Notes under the pieces: generated by a model
Seen by the model: only the letters and a program-made list of their open reading frames with translations
Database searches by the model: none
Told to the model about the DNA's origin: nothing
Origin: an uncultured Zetaproteobacteria bacterium
Lineage (GTDB): Bacteria; Pseudomonadota; Zetaproteobacteria; Mariprofundales; Mariprofundaceae
Assembly: GCA_964478615.1 (NCBI GenBank)
Contig: CAYZJL010000001.1
Location: 1-45,525 of the forward strand
Length of the DNA stretch: 45,525 nucleotides
Reading direction: 5' to 3'
Part shown: piece by piece, positions 9,183 through 21,200 of the stretch
Position numbering within the stretch: the first letter of the stretch is position 1
How the letters are laid out: the number at the start of each line of letters is the position of its first letter
Made by a program: the position numbers and the translations under genes

Positions 9183-10176
9183 TACGGTTGGATGGCAGGG
9201 GAGAGGAGTTATAGCTGCGCTCAAATGAGAGCAGCTTAACGATTCCGGATTGGCGCTCTAGCATAAATGTCTCCCTCAAATTGACCCGGCCAAAAGAAGC
9301 CTGTGTTCGCACCATAAAGAGATCACTGCTCACGCTCAAGTATGACTTCATCTTCTGATTCAAGCTTGTTAGCCAAGGGCTATTTAGTGGCACAGTGCTA
9401 AAGGGGCGATCAGCTATAAATATTTCGGCATCAGAGAGTGTCATATCGGGTATCAGCGCCATGAGTACTTGTGCTGATGCCGTGTTGATATTGATCTTGG
9501 AGATATCATTCGCTGGCACAGGGCGTACGGTACAAAAAGGTTCCAGTGCCGCAACTGTTTTCGCATCGAAACCACGAATGAGCAGTAGTTCATGCCAGCG
9601 ATCCAGACGCGCATTTTTGACATGGTAATCACGGTCATAATAACTGGAATCTTCGCCACCATTGCTGCCATGTGTTTGTGCGTCTACATCCATCCAGTCA
9701 ATCAACGCATCAACCAGACTTGCATCCAACTCAAGCTGGGTGAACAGGGCTTTGATAGCTTTTTCAACGTCAGCATTGATCAGACCATTTTTATCAACCA
9801 GATCGTTCAGGTTGAATGATCGGTTGGTATCAATGATTATTCCTTGTACGATGCCATCATCAATCGGAAAAGCTTCAGCCTGTTGGGCCCATGCCTCTTC
9901 CAAATCATCGGTTTGAGACTCTTTGATATCCTCATGCAATATTTTGGCTGTTAAAATGAGCGCCGACTGACTGGCCTGCTCAGCACGCAGGGCATTATCG
10001 CTATTCTCAGCTCGACGTAAGGCGATATTATCTTCATACAGCGCATCAATGGCCCATGTGCTGATCAGTGCAACAAGACCCAGTACGATGATGAGCGCTG
10101 CTCCGCGTTGATGCTCTGGCCGATTGTGCTGCTTTAGTCGATGACAGAAGCGATGTTTTAGACTGAAAGGCCTCAT
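9175..10176 (-). CDS. gspK: T2SS minor pseudopilin K
   Basis: QRG|AALIIVL prepilin-like site, FNLNDL, LIDWMD and ININTAS motifs. ATG at 10176 overlaps the gspJ stop (ATGA). Confidence 0.93.
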   Translation of the reverse strand: MRPFSLKHRFCHRLKQHNRPEHQRGAALIIVLGLVALISTWAIDALYEDNIALRRAENSDNALRAEQASQSALILTAKILHEDIKESQTDDLEEAWAQQAEAFPIDDGIVQGIIIDTNRSFNLNDLVDKNGLINADVEKAIKALFTQLELDASLVDALIDWMDVDAQTHGSNGGEDSSYYDRDYHVKNARLDRWHELLLIRGFDAKTVAALEPFCTVRPVPANDISKININTASAQVLMALIPDMTLSDAEIFIADRPFSTVPLNSPWLTSLNQKMKSYLSVSSDLFMVRTQASFGRVNLRETFMLERQSGIVKLLSFERSYNSSPLPSNRNE

Positions 10177-10844
10177 AGTTGTTGTTCCGGGAACACCTGC
10201 ATCAGCCATTGGCGCTGGCTGGCGATGCTCTCTTTATCATCCACCAACATGGTGACTCTGACTGCTTTGGGCCATGCAAATGCCAGCGCATTAAAGTTCC
10301 AGTCCTGGCGCCAGTTGGCATTGCGGTCCCATACTTCCACTGACCATGAACGTATTGCTCCAAAATCCCAACGCATGGCTTCAATATGGTCGCGTGCTAA
10401 CAGCAGACGTGATTCACGCATCAGATGATTTGTATCTTCGTCAATATAATAGTGTACCTGGGAGATGCCTTGCAGCCCGGGCTCGCGTACCAGTAACCAG
10501 AGATCATCGAACTCTATATCTCCCCTGTTATCATTTTTGATACGGATCGGTACGATATTTTGAGACGCTGACTGTATGCCCGGCTTGGGGGCAGGGTAAT
10601 GGGGGGCGGCCGTTAAATAGCGCATATCTTTGCGCAACTGTTTGGCTACCCAACCAGACTTCTCTTGCACCAAACGTACATCACTGAGGACTTTGAAACC
10701 CGTACCGGCTATGTCGAGTGTGCTATAAGCAAGTGCTGAAATCAGAGCAAAGACGGTCAATGCCATCAGCACTTCAATGAGTGTAAACCCTTGCTCCTGT
10801 TGATTAGAAATAGTGGGGGGGATCGTGTGATTGTTAGATGTCAT
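10173..10844 (-). CDS. gspJ: T2SS minor pseudopilin J
   Basis: G|FTLIEVL N-methylation motif, WPKAVRVT near the C-terminus, and gene order. Confidence 0.88.
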   Translation of the reverse strand: MTSNNHTIPPTISNQQEQGFTLIEVLMALTVFALISALAYSTLDIAGTGFKVLSDVRLVQEKSGWVAKQLRKDMRYLTAAPHYPAPKPGIQSASQNIVPIRIKNDNRGDIEFDDLWLLVREPGLQGISQVHYYIDEDTNHLMRESRLLLARDHIEAMRWDFGAIRSWSVEVWDRNANWRQDWNFNALAFAWPKAVRVTMLVDDKESIASQRQWLMQVFPEQQL

Positions 10845-11194
10845 GGGGTTTTCTGATACATAAACAGTGTGACTTCAGGCTCACCGGGCACCTGCATGCT
10901 GACATTGATGCGCACAAATCCATCGAGCATCGTTTTTTCACTCCAACGGCGCCACTCCAGTTGCATGTTGGCGACTTCAATCGTGCCGGTCTGTTCATCA
11001 AGGCCTGCTGAATAGATAGAAAATTCAGCCAGTTTATTCTGTGCCTCCTCGGTTGCCAGTTGATGCATGGCAAGCGTTCTCTGGATATCAGAGGAGGTAC
11101 CAAGGCTACCCATCAAGACCACCAGTGCTGTAGCAGCAATCATCAGGGCTACCAGGGCTTCGATCAGGGTGAAGCCGGACTGACTGTTTTTCAT
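10841..11194 (-). CDS. gspI: T2SS minor pseudopilin I
   Basis: G|FTLIEAL motif in a 117-aa protein, ATGA-coupled on both sides. Confidence 0.9.
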   Translation of the reverse strand: MKNSQSGFTLIEALVALMIAATALVVLMGSLGTSSDIQRTLAMHQLATEEAQNKLAEFSIYSAGLDEQTGTIEVANMQLEWRRWSEKTMLDGFVRINVSMQVPGEPEVTLFMYQKTP

Positions 11195-11754
11195 GGTGTT
11201 TCTGAGGTGGCTTCTTTGACGATACGAATACCACCAGGCCCTGGTCTGAACTGGATATGTAATGTGCGACTATTGGATGACTGAAACAGAGTGATATCGG
11301 ATATTTGATTCATACCTTCAGGTAGTAGCAGCAAATGAGCGAGTACCGGCTCTTTCTCTTCATCTGTTTGTTCAGTCAGTGGTGGTTGCGGGTTGATCTG
11401 ATCAATACGCACACCATCAATCAGTTGATAATCCTGATACGGCGCTGAGTTGAACGGCACCCACTCCCCCTTAAAGCTGACAGACTGAAAGGAGTAACTA
11501 TGGCTGCGCAGTGTCATGCGCAATATTTGACCGGACAGTATCGCCTCATCCTGGGCCAGTCTCAGTGTTTGAACCAACCTGTGGCCCTCGTCTTGCAGTG
11601 ATACAGATGAGGCGGAGAAAAAGGATGGTGCGACCATCATGGAGGTGACCGACAGGATAAGGATCACCATCATGATTTCTAAAAGTGTAAAACCCGATTC
11701 ATGCGTACGTTGATCAGAGATTTTATTTTTGCAGAGCATGCTGCGATCACGCAA
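11191..11754 (-). CDS. gspH: T2SS minor pseudopilin H
   Basis: G|FTLLEIM motif and LAQDEAILSG. Follows gspG. Exact start uncertain. Confidence 0.88.
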   Translation of the reverse strand: MRDRSMLCKNKISDQRTHESGFTLLEIMMVILILSVTSMMVAPSFFSASSVSLQDEGHRLVQTLRLAQDEAILSGQILRMTLRSHSYSFQSVSFKGEWVPFNSAPYQDYQLIDGVRIDQINPQPPLTEQTDEEKEPVLAHLLLLPEGMNQISDITLFQSSNSRTLHIQFRPGPGGIRIVKEATSETP

Positions 11755-11766
11755 GCGTTGGCGGCG

Positions 11767-12192
11767 TTATTGCCAATTACCGATATCAGCATCCATGCCA
11801 CTACCGCCAGACTGGCCATCTACGCCATAAGATAGAATATCAAAGTCACCATGCACACCGGGTGAAAGGTATACATAATCATTGCCCCATGGGTCTTTGG
11901 GAATGGCGTCAATATAACGTTTACTGCCGGTCGCTAATATCTGTAGTCCTGCACCGGAGTTGGGGTATTTACCATGTTGCAGGCGATACAGTTTCAGCGC
12001 CTGACCGATGTTTTTCATCTGTACTTTGGTAGCTTCTACTTTGGCTTCATCAGCACGCTCAAGAAAGCGTGGCGCGACCAGCGCCGCCAATACACCGATG
12101 ATGACCAGCACCACCATGATTTCTAAGAGTGTAAATCCCTCTTGACTACTTTTCGAATGCGGTATTCTGTTTTGCATGGTTATCTGTTCCAT
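11767..12192 (-). CDS. gspG: T2SS major pseudopilin G
   Basis: G|FTLLEIMVVLVIIG, ALKLYRL, PKDPWGNDYVY and SYGVDG...DADIGNW. Start is 12192 or 12177. Confidence 0.97.
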   Translation of the reverse strand: MEQITMQNRIPHSKSSQEGFTLLEIMVVLVIIGVLAALVAPRFLERADEAKVEATKVQMKNIGQALKLYRLQHGKYPNSGAGLQILATGSKRYIDAIPKDPWGNDYVYLSPGVHGDFDILSYGVDGQSGGSGMDADIGNWQ

Positions 12193-12220
12193 CCATTATC
12201 TATTATATTTGTGTAACGAT

Positions 12221-12262
12221 CCAACGCTCTAAACAGGTATAGACGATTATTCAGAGCGTTGG
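12221..12262 (-). promoter_or_regulatory. Intergenic stem-loop between the giant gene and gspG, without a U-tract
   Basis: CCAACGCTCT (12221-12230) and AGAGCGTTGG (12253-12262) form a perfect 10-bp inverted repeat. It extends to 15 bp with two G:U pairs on the minus-strand RNA. Confidence 0.55.
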
Positions 12263-12269
12263 GGAATTA

Positions 12270-15200
12270 TTATTTCATCATCATGCTCTGCTTCCTGCGC
12301 ATGAGCAGGAATAACAGTGCAATGGTGAATAACAGCGGTAGTAGTGGATCAAAGGTTGCATCTGTTTGAATTGCACAGCCACCGCCGCCAGCGGCTCCAC
12401 TATTGGCTCCCAACACAGCTGGTGCAGCGCCGAATGCAATTGGGTCAACAATCACACCATTAGCAATGCCATCCAGATCAAATGGGCCACCATCGGTCAG
12501 TGTCAAACTAATGGTGTTGGCACCGATCATGGTCACATTGGCTGCAGGAATCAGCGAGTAGTTGCCTACCGCATCAACTTTGTAGAACTGTGAATTGGTA
12601 CCGAATGGCTGTGTTGAGTTGATCTGAATCGTGGCGCTGCCACCTACTGCAGTCAGCACATTATAAGAGAGCAGGCCATGAGCTTGGAGGATATTAAATG
12701 GAGGGTTTGCCGGTATCTGAGTGACTGCAATAGATTGAATTACGTTTGCACCACCATTGATAGAGAATGTAGTACTTCCATTGGGTGAAGGAATACCTGT
12801 GGCCATTGTTGGGTCAAGTGCACTAATATTATCTTCAAGGGCATCAATAATACCATCTCCATCGCTATCACTTGGGTTGCTAAGATCCAGAAGGTCTTTC
12901 AGATCTGTAGATGCACCTGAAGGGTTACTATTAGCAAGCAGAGGGTTGGTGCCTAACAGGCGTTCCAATGCATCGCTTACGCCATCCAGATCAAAGTCGG
13001 TACCTGGACCAGCAACCTTGAGAAGAGGGTCTCCAAAGACACTGATTTCCCAATCATCGGGCATGCTATCACCATCAAAATCAAGTGGATTGCCTATACT
13101 TTGGACGACACCACTGACTGTAATCGTTGCAGTTGCACTGCCTATATTACCTGCATTGTCAGTCACACTAAATGTTACCACGGTTTTACCTATAGCTATG
13201 ATTGCCGGAGCATCATTTAAAACTGCAGTAGCTAATCCAGAGCTCGGAAGAGTGGGGTCATCTGCGGCTGTCACTGTTGCATTACTGAAGAAACCATTCA
13301 ATGCCGTATCACTGCTTAAAATACCTGCAAAGCTTGTTGCACCCACAAAAATATCATGACCGACCGGATTACTTGGTATTGGTCCTAATGTCACTATTGG
13401 CGGCAATTGGTCAATACCAGGGGCCAGAGCGACAACATGCACCATGCGAACGATTTGCGCCGTGTTACCTGAGGTGTCAGAGGCGCTGTAAACCAGAGCG
13501 GTCGAACCGGCTATAGAGGTGTCGATGGTATTGTTAGCTAGTTTTGGCATCGCTATTGGGCCATCAAAGTTATCGTTAACCATAACGCCAGGGTCTGCAT
13601 AGGTGGCTGGAAGAGCGGTCTGAAGTACTGTGACTACATTACTGCCAACCAGTTTCAGCACAGGTGGAATTTGATCAGTGCCATTAGGGATAGCATTAAC
13701 GCCACCAGCAGCTACGAATGGAGTAATCAGGATATCGGTAAATCCTGTGGTTACATTTCCTGAGATATCCGTGGCTGTAAATGTCACCCGGGTGGTTCCT
13801 ACAGGGAATAGAGGAGGAGCATCATTGGTGATGGAACGAATACCCACTGCATCAGTTGCTATAGTTGTAACAAGCAGTTGAGAGATGTTGATGCTTGAAA
13901 CAGGTAGCCCCGCTGGAGAGCTGGCAGCAAAAATCGTATTCGCTGCTGCTTGTACAATCGGTGGGGTTGTATCTACGACGGTGACAGTCTGTATTGCAGT
14001 ACCAACATTGCCTGCCAGATCGGTTGAACTCCAGGTGACTTGGGTGGTTCCCAGGGGAAGTGGCCCGAAAGGAAGAAGACCAAGTGATGGCACCACTACC
14101 GGAGTTGGGTCGACATTATCAACGGCAAAGGCGATACCTAAATTGACATTCGTTGTGAGCCCTGTTGCTTCAGCGGTGAGATCTGCGGGAGCAATGACTA
14201 CTGGTGCTAAGAAATCACCTGTACCCATGCCAGTCTGTGTACTGGTTGTCACACGCATATTGGATAAGATCAATGCTGAATCGATATTGGCATCCGTATT
14301 ATCTGCAATGGCTATCTTAATCGTATGCGTTGCTAACAATGGATCCAATACAACAGTCATTGAATGCGCTTGAGATACATTGGCATAACCGGCAACCAGT
14401 GTGCCATTACTGGCATTGAGAAGGTTGCCATTCAAATTGGCAAGCAGCAGGCCATTTGAGAATGTGGCACGGTTTATTCCATCAACTATGATCACAGCTG
14501 CATCAGGACGAGGGGAGCCTGCAACAGCTTCATTGGAAGCAAAAATGAAGTCCAAAGTGACCGATGCTGAGTTAGCAGGAACGGTGAATGAGAATGACAG
14601 AGAAGCTGCATCAGCGGTGCCAGCGGAACTGAATGTTGGATGGTTAATCAAAGCATTGAATATAGCTTGCTCACCGGGCATCGGTCCTAAGTTGTTACCT
14701 GTACCGGTGATGTTACCGGTAGTCAGCATAATACCCGGCTGCGGTAGGGATAATGCTACAGGAAGGGCCGGAGCAGGAAGGGTCAATGTTCCAAAACTGC
14801 TGGATTCTACAAGGCCTGTTTGATTGGCTGTTGCAATTAGAGTTGGGGCAGTGACGGTAATACTTGCATCAAACTGAGTTAATCGCGTAGCCAGATCCAC
14901 AGCATTGGTGTTATTGATAATTGCTGCCGCAGATACCGTGATAAAGGTGGATGCTGTACCAACATTGCCTGCTGCATCTGTTGCAGTGAATGTAACCGTG
15001 GTATTGCCTGCCGGGAATACAAGCGGTGCATCATTCACCATGACCGGTGCGAGCGTGACAAGATCTGTCACGGTTGCGGTGGCCAGATGCGCTGCAATAT
15101 CTGCTGCCAGCGTTGGACTGAATGCCGAGAATGTTTTCACGGCAGGAGCAATAATCGTCGGTGGAAGTGTGTCCTGTACGGTTACATTCTGGATGGCTGT

Positions 15201-18200
15201 ACCGACATTGCCGGCCGCATCTGTTGCCGTCCATGTTACCACCGTTAAACCAACCGGGTATGGGCCGGCAGGAACTGGTACGACCGTTGGATTCGGATCC
15301 AGATTATCTACTACGTTTGGCACACCCAGATTCACCGTGGTGAGTGGTGCACCTGCTTCAGATACAACATCGGCCGGGGCGGTCACAACGGGGGCTAGGA
15401 AGTCTGTTCCCAAGGGTCCCATACCATTTTGAGTGCCGGTAGATACACGCATATTCGATATGAGCAGGGCAGAGTCGGTAAGGGCGCTGCTATTATCAGC
15501 AATACTGATTTTGATAGTGTGGGTTGCCAGAGCAGGATTAAGGAGCGTGGTCAGCGTCTGGGCTCGGGTAACATTAGTATAACCCGGTATCAGTGTAGCA
15601 TTGGTGGCATTCAGAAATGCACCATTAAGATTGGACAGAAGCTGCCCACTGGTGAAGGTGCCACGATTCACACCATCAACCATGATGACAACAGCATCCG
15701 GGAATGCTACTGCAGCCAGCAATTCATTGGTGGCATAAATCAGGTCAAAACTGACGGATGGGGTATTGGCCGGAACCGTGAATGTGAACTGTAATGCGGC
15801 AGCATCCGAAGTGCCCGTGGTGTTAAACAGCGGGTCAGATGAGAGCGCATTGAACACATCGGTATCGCCAGGCAATGGGCCAAGGCTATTGCCTGTACCT
15901 GTCAAATTACCGGTAGTCAGCATAATACCGGGCTGAGGCAGTGCAAGGTTAACCGGTAGTGCCGGAGCAACTGCCGGAATGAGCAGACCAAAGTTGGTCG
16001 TTTCAACCAGACCAGTCTGATTGGTAACGGCAGTTGCCAGCGGGAAGGCAAACGTAATGTTTGGATCAAATTGCGTTAATCGTGTTGCCAGATTTGTTGC
16101 ATTGATGTCACTGAATATGGTGGCTGATGTTACGGTAATCACCGTTGTGGCTGTGGAGATATTACCCGCCAGATCAGTTGCTGTGAATGTAACAGTGGTA
16201 TTACCAACTGGGAATACGAGTGGTGCATTGTTGACGACAGCCACAATACCACCGACCAGATCCGTAGCTGCAGCAGTCGCCATGTGAGCTGTAATGTCCG
16301 TTACATATGTCGCTGTAGCTGTTGAGAAGGTACGTGCGACAGGTGCAGTGATCAATGGTGCAGTGGTATCTGTCACCGTTACATTTTGTAGTGCCGTTGA
16401 CACATTGCCTGCAGCATCTGTTGCAGTCCATGTCACCACGGTCAATCCAACAGGATATGGGCCAACAGGAGCAAGCAGTACTGTTGGGTTAGGGTCAAGG
16501 TTATCGGTGACTGTAGGAATGCCCAGGGCAACTGCCGTTGTTAGAGCCGTTGCCTCGGTGATGATATCCGCTGGAGGCGTGATCACTGGTGGAAAATTAT
16601 CCATTCCCAGTACGCCCATGCCGCCCTGAGTACTGGTAGAGGAGCGCATATTGGAGATGATCAATGCAGAGTCAGTCAGCGCATTGCTGTTATCTGCAAT
16701 GCTGATCTTGATGCTGTGCGTAGTCAGCAGTGGATCCAACAGCGTTGTTAAGGTCAGCGCCTGAGACAGGTTGGTATAGCCTGAGATCAAGATGCCATTG
16801 CTGGCATTCAAGAATGCTCCGTTCAGGTTGGCCAATAGAGCTCCAGTGCTGAAGAGACCGCGGTTCACGCCGTCTACCATGATCACAACAGCATCAGGGA
16901 AGGCGACACCAGCCAGAGCTTCATTGGTGGCATAGATTAGATCGAAACTGACAGATGGTGTGTTGGGCGCGACAGTGAATGAGAACTGCAAACTGGCTGC
17001 ATCAACGGTGCCAGTTGTTGCAAATGCCGGATCTGCATTGAGTGCATTGAAGACATCTGTATCACCAGGCGTACCAATGTTATTACCCGTGCCAGTGATA
17101 TTACCCGTTGTTAGCATAATACCTTTTTGAGCCAGCGTCAGAGGTGCTGCCGCCAGTGTGCCGAAGTTGGTGGTTTCAATCAGACCGGTCTGATTTGCTG
17201 CGGCGGTTGCGAGCGGCAGAGTAATGTTGATATTGCCATCAAACTGGGTTAGACGAGTAACCAGCGTGTTAGCGTTGCTCATGGCAATGATATTGGCTGC
17301 TGTTATTGTGATGACGGTGGTCGCAGTGCTGATGTTACCAGCAGCATCGGAAGCGGTATACGTTACCGTAGTGTTGCCTACAGGGAATACCAGCGGTGCA
17401 TTATTGGTGATCGGTAATACCACACCGACTGCATCTGTTGCCGTAACCGTAGCCATATGCGCTGCGATATCTGCTGCCATGGTTGGACTGGCTGTTGAGA
17501 ATGTTCTGGCAGCAGGAGCAACAATGGCTGGAGCTATGGTATCGTTAATCGTGATTGTCTGTGTGGCTGTACCGACATTGCCTGCCGCATCGGTTGCCGT
17601 CCAGGTGACAACGGTGACACCAACAGGGTATGGGCCAACCGGCGCGACTACGAGCAGTGGGTTAGGGTCGATATTATCCACTACGTTTGGCACACCCAGA
17701 TTAACAACAGTGGTTGGTCCGGTTGCTTCTATAGCAATATTGGCTGTTGGCGTGATGACTGGTGGCAGGAAGTCCGCTCCCAGGGCACCAATGCCATTTT
17801 GAGTGCCGTTAGATACACGCATATTGGAGATGATCAGGGCTGAATCAGTCAGGGCTGAGCTATTGTCTGCAATACTGATTTTGATGGTATGCGTCGTTAA
17901 TAGCGGGTTCAACAAGGCAGTCAAAACCTGAGTTTGCGACAGGTTGGTGTAACCTGCAATCAATGTACCATTGGTAGCATTCAGGAATGCACCATTCAGG
18001 TTGGATAGTAGTAGGCCGTTGGTGAATGTGGCGCGGTTGACACCATCCACCATGATCACTACGGCATCCGGAGATGGGGCACCTGCCAACAGTTCATTGG
18101 TGGCATAGATCAGATCAAAGTCTACCGATGGTGTATTAGGCGGAACAGTAAATGAGAACTGTAAGCTGGCAGCGTCTGATGTACCAATTGAGGTGAATGA

Positions 18201-21200
18201 GGGGTGCGCTGTTAATGCATTGAATACATCGCCGTCTCCAGCCAATGGGCCGAGGTTGTTGCCTGTTCCTGTTACATTACCAGTGGTTAAGATAATACCG
18301 GTTTGCGGCATTGTCAGTGGGGTTCCTGCCAGAGGAGGAAATGCTGCTAAGGTGCCGAAATTGGTCGTTTCGACCAATCCAACCTGGTTTGGTACTGCGG
18401 TAAGCACCGGCAGGGTGAAGTTTACGTTGGCATCAAACTGAGTCAGTCGGGTAGCCAGCGATGTGGCATTAGTAATATTGATGATTGAGGCAGAGGTAAC
18501 AGTGATGACTGTTGTTGCTATACCGGCATTACCAGCTGCATCCAAGGCTGTGAAGGTGACTGTGGTATTGCCCACAGGGAAGCCAGCGATTGGAGCATCA
18601 TTGGTGATTGGTAGTACCAGCCCCACGAGATCAGTTGCAGTGACGGTTGCCAGATGAGCTGCAATGTCTGCCGCCATGGTTGGGCTGGATATTGAGAATG
18701 TTTGCGCGGCAGGTGCAGTAATGACTGGAGCCGTGGTATCGGTAACTGTAACTGTTTGCGTTGCAGTACCGATATTACCTGCTGCATCGGTAGCACTCCA
18801 TGTGACAAGCGTTGTACCGACCGGGTATGGGCCTGCAGGAGTAGGCGCTACTGTTGGGTTGGGATCCATATTATCAACCACATTTGGAACGCCCAAATTA
18901 ACCGGAGTTGTTGGTGCGGTAGCTTCAATGGTGATATTTGCAGCAGGAATGACAACTGGTGGCAGGAAGTCTGCCCCAAGTAGGCCCATACCACTGTTGG
19001 TGCTGGTTGAGGTGCGCATATTAGAGATGATGATCGCAGAATCAGTTAGTGCAGTGCTATTATCGGCAATACTTATTTTGAGGGTATGCGTAGTTAGCAA
19101 CGGATCCAGCAGCGTGGTTAATGTATGGGCCAGAGATAGGTTAGTATAACCCTGAATCAGGGTGCCATTGGTGGCATTGAGGAATGCCCCGTTAAGATTG
19201 GATAACAGCAGTCCATTGGTAAACGTGCCTCTGTTGATACCATCAACCATGACTACTACTGCATCAGGGAAGGCGGTACCAGCCAGTGCTTCATTGCTGG
19301 CGTAAATGAGATCAAAGCTCACCGATGGTGTATTGGCAGGTACCGTGAATGAGAACTGCAGGGATGCTGCATCAGCAGTACCGGCAGTGTTAAATGATGG
19401 GTGTGTATTCAACGCATTAAATACATCGTTATCACCTGCCAGTGGGCCGAGATTGTTGCCTGTTCCACTGACATTACCTGTCGTTAGGATAATGCCCGGT
19501 TGTGGCAAGCTGAGAGGGGTTGCCGCCAACGTACCAAAATTGGTGGTCTCCACCAGGCCTGTTTGGTTCACAACAGCAGTAGCCAGAGGCAGGGTAAAGT
19601 TGATGTTGGCATCAAACTGGGTCAAACGGGTTGCCAGACTGACCGCATTGGTCATGTTGATGATAGAAGCTGAGTTGACCGTGATGATGGTTGTTGCAGT
19701 GCCTGTGTTGCCGTTTACATCCAAGGCTGTGAATGTAACTGTTGTGTTACCCACAGGGAATACAAGCGGAGCATCATTGGTGATAGGTAAAACAACGCCA
19801 ACGGCATCTGTTGCAGTAACCGTAGCCAGATGCGCGGCAATGTCCGCAGCCAGCGTTGGGCTGACGGTGGAGAACGTTTGAGCTGCTGGAGCCAGCACGA
19901 CAGGCAGTGTTGTATCTGTGACTGTAACTGTCTGTGTTGCTGTAGATACATTACCCGCTGCATCGGTTGCTGTCCATGTAACGATTGTTACACCAACAGG
20001 ATATGGGCCAGCAGGCGTAGGAATGACTACCGGATTTGGATCAACATTATCCACTACATTTGGCACACCCAAATTCACAGTCGTGGTTGGGCCGGTTGCT
20101 TCGATAGTGATATTGGCAGCAGGCGTGATAACCGGAGCAAGGAAGTCTGTACCGAGTGGCCCCATCCCATTGGTGGTATTGGCTGAGACACGCATATTGG
20201 AGATGATGATTGCCGAATCAGTCAGTGCTGAACTGTTGTCGGCAATACTGATTTTGATGGTATGGGTTGTTAGCAATGGATTAAGCAGAGCTGTCAATGT
20301 TTGTGCCTGCGAGAGGTTCGTATAACCTGAGATCAGGGCACCATTGGTAGGGTTCAGGAAGGCACCATTCAGATTGGATAATAGCAGACCATTGCTGAAG
20401 GTACCCCGGTTTACACCATCAATCATAACCACAACAGCATCAGGGAAGGCGGTGCCAGCCAGAGCTTCATTGGTCGCATAGATCAGGTCAAAATCGACTG
20501 CCGGTGTGTTGGCAAGCACTGTAAATGAGAACTGCAAGGAGGCTCCATCAGAGGTGCCAATGGTGGCAAAGGATGGGTGCGCGCTTAAGGCATTGAAAAC
20601 ATCGGTATCACCAAGCAGTGGGCCCAGGTTGTTCCCTGTACCTGTAACATTGCCCGTTGTCAGAATAATACCCTTCTGAGGCAATGTAAGTGGTGCTGCA
20701 GCCAATGGTGGTAGGGTAGGTAGTGTTCCAAAACTGGTGGATTCGACTAGACCTACCTGATTGGGTACGGCCGTAAGCAGAGGCAATGTGAAGTTGATGT
20801 TCGGGTCAAATTGAGTCAATCGTGTGGCCAGGCTTGTTGCATTGGTGATATTAATAATTGATGCTGATGTTACTGTGATCACTGTGGTTGCCGTGCCAAT
20901 ATTACCAGCGGCATCCAGGGCGGTGAAAGTGACGGTGGTATTACCAACAGGGAACAGCAGTGGTGCATCGTTGGTGATGGGTAAAACAACACCAAGAAGG
21001 TCAGTGGCTGTCACCGTGGCCAGATGCGCTGCAATATCTGCTGCCATGGTTGCACTGAGGGTAGAGAATGTTTGAGGCGCCGGGGCAGCGACAACCGGTG
21101 GTGTTGTATCTGTGACTGTAACAGTCTGTGTGGCTGTACCGATATTGCCGGCAGCATCTGTAGCACTCCAGGTAACGATGGTCGCACCAGCCGGGTATGG

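Noticed and set aside
12221-12262. Intrinsic terminator after the giant gene
   Set aside because: No U-rich tract follows the stem on the coding strand, and downstream gsp genes must be expressed.
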